Below are positions 7,001 to 12,637 of a stretch of 12,637 nt of DNA, in pieces. Position 1 is the first letter of the stretch. Each line of letters starts with the position of its first letter. The notes beneath the pieces were generated by a model, which saw only the letters and a list, made by a program, of their open reading frames with translations, was not told the DNA's origin and did no database searches. Made by a program: the position numbers and the translations under genes. Source of the DNA: Gemmatimonadaceae bacterium (lineage in GTDB: Bacteria; Gemmatimonadota; Gemmatimonadetes; Gemmatimonadales; Gemmatimonadaceae); the NCBI GenBank assembly GCA_040902005.1, contig JBBDYA010000116.1, positions 970 through 13,606 on the forward strand, read 5' to 3'.

Positions 7001-8166
7001 CAGCGATCCCAGGCGATGGCCAGGCCGCTCATCAGTCCCACCACGCGCGCCACGTCGTGTCCCCGGACGACGATGCCCTCCTCCGCGAGCACGCGCGCGA
7101 GCTCCGTTTCGATCTCGCCGAGGGTGGTGAGCGGCTCCGGCGCCAGCGGCTCCGAACGGCGCGGCTGGGGCACCGGCGGTGGCGCACCCGCGGGCGTCTT
7201 CGACAACATGGATTCCAGCTCCGCGCCGAAGCGCTCGAGGGCAGACATGCCGTCGCGGGCGATCGCGTTCCATTGCGCGTCCGCTGCCTGGTGACCGCCG
7301 CTCGCTGGCAACGCGCCATTGGTCCCGCGCGCCTGCGCATCGCGCAGTCGCCGGACGCGGTCCCGCATGAGCGTTTCCGCGCGTGGCGGGTAGGTCGCGT
7401 TGGCCTGCGCATGTGCGCAGGCCTCATCAAGGGCGTCGATGGCCTTGTCCGGGCGGCGGCGGTCGGTGACGTACCGGTCCGTGAGCTCCACGGAGGCCTC
7501 GAGCGCCTCGTCCGAGATCACCACGTTATGATGGCGTTCCAGCCGCTCCTTGCGGGCCCGCAGGATGTGCAGCGTATCGTCGACGCCGAGTTCGCGCACG
7601 AGCACCTTCTGGAATCGGCGCTCGAGGGCCGGGTCGCCGCCAATCCAGCGGTCGTATTCCTCGTCAGTCGTCGCGCCGATCACCCGGAAGTCGCCGCGCG
7701 CCAGGGAAGGCTTGAGCATGTTGGCGGCATCCATCGCCGCTCCCATCGCCGTGCCCTGCCCGATCAGGTTGTGCATCTCGTCGATGAACAGGATCGCGTC
7801 CGTCGCCGAGGTCGTCTCCTGCACCAGCATCCGGATGCGCTCTTCATACTGCCCGCGGTAGGTGGTGCCCGCCAGCAGCCCCACGTGGTCGAGGGAGAGC
7901 ACCCGGACATCGCGGAGCACGAGCGGCACGGCACCGGCGGCGATGCGTTGCGCGAAGCCGTCCGCGATCGCGGTCTTGCCGACGCCGGCAGGGCCCACGA
8001 GCACGGGGTTGTTCTTTCCGTGACGCAGCAGGATGTCGATCACCCGCGCAATCTCGTCCTCGCGACAGCGCACGGGTTCGAGCCGGCCCGCGCCCGCCTC
8101 CGCGGTCAGGTCGCGCGTGAATCGCGCCAGGGCGCCCTTCGTTTCCTGTCTCGCGTCGTCAATCAT
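7000..8166 (-). CDS. ClpA/B/C-like AAA+ ATPase consisting of NBD1 only (388 aa)
   Basis: FTRDLT, LEPVRCR, KNNPVLVGPAGVGKT (Walker A), AGTTYRGQYEER (pore loop), ILFIDEMH (Walker B), LKPSLARG, IGATT, DPALERRFQ (Arg fingers), PDKAIDALDEA, ending with VRGHDVARVVGLMSG, which resembles the end-of-NBD1 helix of Clp proteins. Confidence 0.88.
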   Translation of the reverse strand: MIDDARQETKGALARFTRDLTAEAGAGRLEPVRCREDEIARVIDILLRHGKNNPVLVGPAGVGKTAIADGFAQRIAAGAVPLVLRDVRVLSLDHVGLLAGTTYRGQYEERIRMLVQETTSATDAILFIDEMHNLIGQGTAMGAAMDAANMLKPSLARGDFRVIGATTDEEYDRWIGGDPALERRFQKVLVRELGVDDTLHILRARKERLERHHNVVISDEALEASVELTDRYVTDRRRPDKAIDALDEACAHAQANATYPPRAETLMRDRVRRLRDAQARGTNGALPASGGHQAADAQWNAIARDGMSALERFGAELESMLSKTPAGAPPPVPQPRRSEPLAPEPLTTLGEIETELARVLAEEGIVVRGHDVARVVGLMSGLAIAWDR

Positions 8167-8279
8167 GCTGGCGTGGGGGGTACGTCATCCCGGGGCACCG
8201 CACGGATCTCGTCCACTCGCGCAAGATCCCGGTCGCGGCGCTCCTCAGGACCACCTACGGACCGGACGGCCGCCGGGCT

Positions 8280-9122
8280 TCAGCCCTGCAGCAGCCAGCC
8301 GAGCGCGGTGTCGCCCCAAAGCAAGGCCACCAGTGCCGCCGGCGCAAGAAACACTCCGAACGGAACCAGTGGCGATTCGAACGACGCGCCGCCAAGCGCC
8401 AGTTCCGTCTGTTCGCGGGACCCGCTCTGCCGCACGCGCGCCAACGGATACACCACGACAAGAAAGGTGACCGCGCCCAGCGTGGCGCCGAGAAACACGG
8501 TAACGATCGCGAGCTTCGGCCCAAGCGCCGCGCCGGCGAAGGCCATCAGGGTCACGTCACCCATACCCATTGCCTCCCGCTTGAGCGCGGCCTCCCCCAG
8601 CCATCCCACGATGGCGATGAAGCCGGCGCCGGCGCACGCGCCGATGAGGGCGTCGTACGGCCCCGCGAAGAGCTGCGGCTGGCCATAGAACGCCGCCAGC
8701 ACGGACGTGGCGAGCACGAAGAACAACCCGAACACCGTGAAGCCATCCGGAATCAGGTAGTGCTTGAGGTCCGTGATCGCGATGCCGAGCAGAATCGTCC
8801 CGAATACCGCCACGCGGAACGCAGTGAGCGTGAGCCCGAAATGCATGAACGCCCACAACCAGCCCAGTGCCACCGCGAGCTCGACCAGGGGATACTGGAT
8901 CGAAATCGGCTCATCGCAACAGCGGCATCGCGCGCGCAGCACCAGCCAGCTCACCAGGGGGATGTTCTCGAACCAGGCGAGCTGATGGCCACAGTAGGGG
9001 CACCGCGACCGCGGGCGCACCACCGAAAGGTCGCGCGGCCAGCGCGCGATGCAGACGTTGAGAAAGGAGCCCACGAGGGCTCCCAGGACGAAGGCGTACA
9101 GGCCCGCGAGAGTATCGGTCAC
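8280..9122 (-). CDS. pilD: Type IV prepilin peptidase/N-methyltransferase, family A24A (280 aa)
   Basis: GSFLNVCIARWP, Zn-binding CPYC...CRCC, ISIQYPLVE, catalytic Asp motifs ITDLKHYLIPD and MGMGD, C-terminal VPFGVFL, multiple TM segments. GTG start overlaps the upstream stop (GTGA). Confidence 0.93.
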   Translation of the reverse strand: MTDTLAGLYAFVLGALVGSFLNVCIARWPRDLSVVRPRSRCPYCGHQLAWFENIPLVSWLVLRARCRCCDEPISIQYPLVELAVALGWLWAFMHFGLTLTAFRVAVFGTILLGIAITDLKHYLIPDGFTVFGLFFVLATSVLAAFYGQPQLFAGPYDALIGACAGAGFIAIVGWLGEAALKREAMGMGDVTLMAFAGAALGPKLAIVTVFLGATLGAVTFLVVVYPLARVRQSGSREQTELALGGASFESPLVPFGVFLAPAALVALLWGDTALGWLLQG

Positions 9123-9874
9123 TGATGGAGCTGGTGGAGGAGAATGCCCGTGGCGACCGCGACGTTGAGTGATTCAACGGTACCCCGAAGCGGCAACGCG
9201 ATGATGCGATCAGCGCGGGCGCGCGCTTCCGCAGAAAGCCCCGCGCCCTCGTTCCCAACGACGAGCGCCACCCGAGACGGCACGGGCATCGGCGCCGGCA
9301 CGCCAGCGGCGTCCGCAGCGAACACGACCGTCCCGGTGCCTGCCCGGAACGCATCGAGCTCGGCCCAGGTAGTAGAAAATGCGGGGTGACGAAAGTGAGC
9401 GCCCATCCCGCTACGGACGACTTTGGCGTTCCAGAGGTCAACTGTTCCCGGGAGGGAAACCGTGGCTACCGAACCGAGCGCCGCCGCGGTCCGGAGGATC
9501 GTTCCGACGTTGCCGGGATCCTGCACCGCGTCGAGCACGAGCAGCACGCCGGACCAGTCTGCCGGGAGGTCGCCCAGCGCGCGGCGTGGGACCTCCGCAA
9601 TCGCGATAACTCCTTGCGGAGACTCAGTTTCTGCGGCGGACCCAAACTCGAGCGCGGACACCTCCTGCACCTCGACGCCGCGCGATCGTAGCAGCGCAGC
9701 GAGCGCCAGCCCGCGCGACGCCTCGGTCAGTTGCGGCGCCGTGAGCGCGCCGCGAATCGGGAGCGGCGACGCCAGCAGTTCCTCCACCGCGCGAACCCCT
9801 TCCGCGACGAACAGCCGCTGTCGCTCGCGCGCCTTTCTGCGCTTGAGGTCGCGCGCCAGGGTCAGGAGTTTCAA
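9119..9874 (-). CDS. TrmH/SpoU-family RNA 2'-O-methyltransferase (~251 aa)
   Basis: FVAEG, ETESPQGVIA, SPOUT motifs LDAVQDPGNVGTILRTAAA, KVVRSGMG, VVGNEGAGLS, ESLNVAVA. Start placed at TTG 9874 (MKLLTLARDLKRRKARER); the 9943 start would fill nearly the whole divergent spacer. Confidence 0.9.
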   Translation of the reverse strand: MKLLTLARDLKRRKARERQRLFVAEGVRAVEELLASPLPIRGALTAPQLTEASRGLALAALLRSRGVEVQEVSALEFGSAAETESPQGVIAIAEVPRRALGDLPADWSGVLLVLDAVQDPGNVGTILRTAAALGSVATVSLPGTVDLWNAKVVRSGMGAHFRHPAFSTTWAELDAFRAGTGTVVFAADAAGVPAPMPVPSRVALVVGNEGAGLSAEARARADRIIALPLRGTVESLNVAVATGILLHQLHQ

Positions 9875-9890
9875 GTTCAGGAGGGGTACG

Positions 9891-9906
9891 GGGAATAGCT
9901 CTTGCC
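9891..9906 (+). promoter_or_regulatory. Possible sigma54 (-24/-12) promoter for the M48 gene
   Basis: GG (9892-9893)-N10-GC (9904-9905) with TTGC at -12; the -24 element (GGGAAT) is a weak match to TGGCAC. Confidence 0.3.
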
Positions 9907-9946
9907 ACTCCGCCAGACGGACAACTGAGCCAACGGAAAACACACC

Positions 9947-10747
9947 ATGAGAAAGGTCATCTACAGCGCGATCCTCGTCACCATGACGACCGCCTGCGGC
10001 ATCTCCACCCAGCAGGAAGTGCAGATGGGTCAGGAGTACGCCGCGCAGATCAACGCACAGCTTCCTATCGTACAGGACGCGGAGATCAACCGCTACATCA
10101 ACGTCCTGGGCGATTCACTCGCGCGGCTCGCCGATGACCGCGGGCTGGACTACAGCTTCTATATCGTGAATGCCGCCGAGGTGAACGCCTTCGCCGTGCC
10201 TGGCGGTTTCATCTACGTGAACCGGGGACTGATCGACCGGACGCAGAACCTCAGCCAGCTCGCCGGCGTACTGGGTCACGAGATCGGCCACGTGGTGCGG
10301 CGTCACTCCGTCCAGCAGATGGAGAAGGCGCAGGGCGCGAACATCGGGGTGATGCTCGGCTGCACGCTGCTGAACGTGTGTAACAGCGACGCGGCACAGG
10401 CCGCCATCCAGATTGGCGGCAGCGCGTTGTTCGCCAAATTCGGTCGTGACGACGAGCGCGAAGCGGATCGGGACGCGATCCCGATGCTGGTGCGCGCCGG
10501 GATCCATCCGCGCGGCATTCCAGAGATGTTCCAGATCCTGCTGAGCGAGCGGACGCGGAACCCGGGCGCGGTGGAGGGATGGTTCTCGACCCACCCGGGT
10601 GAGGAGGAGCGCATCACGGAGGCGCAGGCGATCATCGCGACGATCGACCCGGCGATCCTGGCATCGCTCACGACGAACACGAGCAACTACAACGCGTTCA
10701 AGGCGCGGGTGCGCACGCTTCCGACGCCCACCACCGCCAATCGGTAG
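9947..10747 (+). CDS. M48-family zinc metalloprotease lipoprotein (BepA/LoiP-like catalytic domain, no TPR; 266 aa)
   Basis: Signal peptide with lipobox-like TTA-C17; VNAFAVPGGFIYV; LAGVLGHEIGH (HExxH, aa 111-115); DEREAD; FSTHP. Confidence 0.92.
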   Translation: MRKVIYSAILVTMTTACGISTQQEVQMGQEYAAQINAQLPIVQDAEINRYINVLGDSLARLADDRGLDYSFYIVNAAEVNAFAVPGGFIYVNRGLIDRTQNLSQLAGVLGHEIGHVVRRHSVQQMEKAQGANIGVMLGCTLLNVCNSDAAQAAIQIGGSALFAKFGRDDEREADRDAIPMLVRAGIHPRGIPEMFQILLSERTRNPGAVEGWFSTHPGEEERITEAQAIIATIDPAILASLTTNTSNYNAFKARVRTLPTPTTANR

Positions 10748-10754
10748 GATCGAG

Positions 10755-11573
10755 CTATAGCGCGGCGACGACGCCTCGCACCAGCTGTTGCAGTCGCGCG
10801 GCGACCCTCGCCGTCGTCTCGAGCACGTCGTCATGCGTGATCGGAGCGGCGGCGAGCCCGCTCGCGAAGTTGGTCACGCAACTGACCCCGAGCACACGCA
10901 TCCCCCGCGCACGCGCCACGACTACTTCGGGCACGGTGGACATCCCCATCGCGTCGGCGCCCAGCGTCTGGAGCATCCGCACCTCGGCGCGCGTTTCATA
11001 CGCGGGACCGAGTAGCCCGGCATACACCCCTTCCGCCAGGGCAATTCCCTGCTCTCGCGCCACGCGCAGGGCGATCGCACGTAGTTCCGGATCGTACGGT
11101 TGCGACATATCCGGAAAGCGGACGTCGCCGTCTTCCACCGGCCCGATCAGCGGACTGCGGAACATGAGGTTGATGTGGTCCGTGATTAGCATCAGGGTGC
11201 CGGGCACCAGACGCGCGCTGCCGGCGGCGTTGGACACGATCAGCGTGCTGGCGCCAAGCGCGTGGAGCACACGGACCGGAAAGCCCGCCAACGCGGCATC
11301 GTGCCCTTCATACATGTGGAAGCGACCGGACAGCGCGACCACTGGCGTGCCGGACAGCGTGCCCGCGATCAACTCGCCCGCGTGCCCCGCGATGGTCGCC
11401 GCGGGAAACCCGGGCACGTCGCCGTACGGAATGCGCGTGGGCCCCTCGATGGCGCTCGCGATGCCGCCGAGGCCGGATCCGAGAATGATTCCGACGCGCG
11501 GTGTGACGCGCGTGCGCGCGCGCACCGCGTCCGCCGCCGCCACCGCGGCCTGTGTTCCGAACGTGCGCGTCAT
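10755..11573 (-). CDS. punA: Purine nucleoside phosphorylase, trimeric PunA/XapA type (272 aa)
   Basis: GIILGSGLG, GHAGEL, GRFHMYEG, NAAG, DHIN, GPAYETRAE, GMSTVPE, VTN. The Glu/Asn pair fits 6-oxopurine (inosine/guanosine) specificity. ATGA overlap with add. Confidence 0.95.
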   Translation of the reverse strand: MTRTFGTQAAVAAADAVRARTRVTPRVGIILGSGLGGIASAIEGPTRIPYGDVPGFPAATIAGHAGELIAGTLSGTPVVALSGRFHMYEGHDAALAGFPVRVLHALGASTLIVSNAAGSARLVPGTLMLITDHINLMFRSPLIGPVEDGDVRFPDMSQPYDPELRAIALRVAREQGIALAEGVYAGLLGPAYETRAEVRMLQTLGADAMGMSTVPEVVVARARGMRVLGVSCVTNFASGLAAAPITHDDVLETTARVAARLQQLVRGVVAAL

Positions 11574-12610
11574 GCGCCGTGCTCGCGCAGGAGGGAATCC
11601 ACCTGCGCGCGCGCCGCGGCAATCAAGGGCGCGCGCTCCGGCCAGGGAAGGAACGCGCTCTCGAACCCGTTCATCGCCATGGTGGCCAGCTCGGACAGAC
11701 TGAAGCCGAGGTGCGCCGCCGCGTGCGCATACTCGTCGACGAGGGTGATCCCGCTCATGAGGCGATTATCCGTGTTCAGCACGACGTTGAGTCCAGCATC
11801 GAAATACCGCCGGACGGGATGGGACGCGTATGACGCTGCGGCGCGCGTCTGCACGTTGCTGGTGAGACAGATCTCGATCGGGATGCGGCGGTCGTTCACG
11901 TATTCCATGAGCGCGGGATCCTCCAGAAGCCGGGTGCCGTGCCCCACACGGTGCGCCCCGCACACATGCACCGCCTGCCGGATCGAGTCGCTGCCATCCC
12001 CTTCTCCCGCGTGGCAGGTGCACGCCATGTCGTGCGACCGCGCGAGCAGGAACGCCGGCTGGTGCGCCGACGCCGGGTTCCCCGCCTCACCACCGGCCAG
12101 GTCGAACCCCACGACACCCTTGTGGCGAAACGCGACCGCGAGCCGCGCCAGCTCCAGCGACTGATCGGGCGGCATGCTGCGCACCGCGGTGACGATCACG
12201 CGCCCCAGGATGCCGTAGCGTTGCTCCGCGCGCGCGAGGCCGCGCACGGCGGCATCCACCACGTCGTGCGTCGCCAGTCCGTCCCGCACGTTCAGGATGG
12301 GCGCGAACCGCACCTCGATGTACCACACGCCCTCGCCATGCGCGTCCTCGGCCAGCTCGAAGGCGATGCGCTCGATGGCGTCGAGGCGCTGCATCACGGC
12401 GAGCGTGATCTCGAATCGCCGGAGGTAGTCCTCGAGGTTCCGGGCGTCGCGCACGATCATGTAGTCCCCGAGGGCCTCCGCGTCCGCGCGCGGCATCGCC
12501 ACGCCGAACTCGCGCCCGAGCTCCAGCAGCGTTGCCGGCCGCATGGACCCGTCCAGGTGACAGTGCAATTCGGCCTTCGGCAGCCGGCGCAGGATGTCGC
12601 GCTCGATCAC
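11570..12610 (-). CDS. add: Adenosine deaminase (346 aa)
   Basis: LPKAELHCHLDGS, YIEVRFAP, GFDLAGGE, HAGE, RVGHG, EICLTSN, NTDNRLMS; GTG start; coupled to PNP (adenosine to inosine to hypoxanthine). Confidence 0.95.
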   Translation of the reverse strand: MIERDILRRLPKAELHCHLDGSMRPATLLELGREFGVAMPRADAEALGDYMIVRDARNLEDYLRRFEITLAVMQRLDAIERIAFELAEDAHGEGVWYIEVRFAPILNVRDGLATHDVVDAAVRGLARAEQRYGILGRVIVTAVRSMPPDQSLELARLAVAFRHKGVVGFDLAGGEAGNPASAHQPAFLLARSHDMACTCHAGEGDGSDSIRQAVHVCGAHRVGHGTRLLEDPALMEYVNDRRIPIEICLTSNVQTRAAASYASHPVRRYFDAGLNVVLNTDNRLMSGITLVDEYAHAAAHLGFSLSELATMAMNGFESAFLPWPERAPLIAAARAQVDSLLREHGA

Positions 12611-12620
12611 GGCCGGGGCC

Positions 12621-12637
12621 GGGGGGGGGGGGGGGGG
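12621..12637. other. Terminal poly-G run (17 G), probable sequencing or assembly artefact
   Basis: Homopolymer at the very end of the sequence, typical of two-colour Illumina no-signal calls. Confidence 0.7.

Noticed and set aside
7001..7273. 91-aa N-terminal extension of the HExxH lipoprotein in the ORF track
   Set aside because: It overlaps the ATPase gene and would bury the signal peptide; ATG 7000 gives a clean lipoprotein signal.
7000..8166. Calling the Clp-like gene a clpB/clpC pseudogene
   Set aside because: No internal stops or frameshifts, no N-domain or NBD2 remnants in the flanks, all catalytic motifs intact, and the stop is coupled to the next gene. Not fully excluded without homologue data.
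8240..8282. Selenocysteine recoding of the pilD TGA
   Set aside because: The TGA falls at the normal family C-terminus, does not align with a Cys position, and no convincing SECIS hairpin follows.
11755..11780. NTDN instead of the DD motif in adenosine deaminase
   Set aside because: NTDNRLMS is a known variant in bacterial (e.g. actinobacterial) adenosine deaminases and does not imply inactivity.
12611..12637. Poly-G tract upstream of add as a phase-variation or G-quadruplex element
   Set aside because: It runs to the sequence end, typical of a two-colour sequencing artefact, and cannot be evaluated without reads spanning it.

Overview
GC-rich bacterial chromosomal window; gene style suggests Gemmatimonadota (inference, unverified). 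Left: minus-strand ffh-rpsP-rimM (partial), divergent from a plus-strand Lon protease gene across a 96-bp spacer holding back-to-back sigma70-like promoters and a 13-bp palindrome. Middle: minus-strand run trmH-family methyltransferase > prepilin peptidase > Clp/Hsp100-like ATPase > HExxH lipoprotein > DUF445 membrane protein. Right: a plus-strand M48 metalloprotease lipoprotein converging on a minus-strand add-PNP purine salvage pair; the window ends in a probably artefactual poly-G. No mobile elements, CRISPR arrays or RNA genes were seen. The most unusual element is a 388-aa ClpA/B/C-type ATPase with only the first AAA+ module (no N-domain, no NBD2, atypical middle insert). Its catalytic motifs are intact and its stop overlaps the start of an uncharacterised zincin lipoprotein, followed by DUF445: a candidate undescribed three-gene envelope quality-control module.
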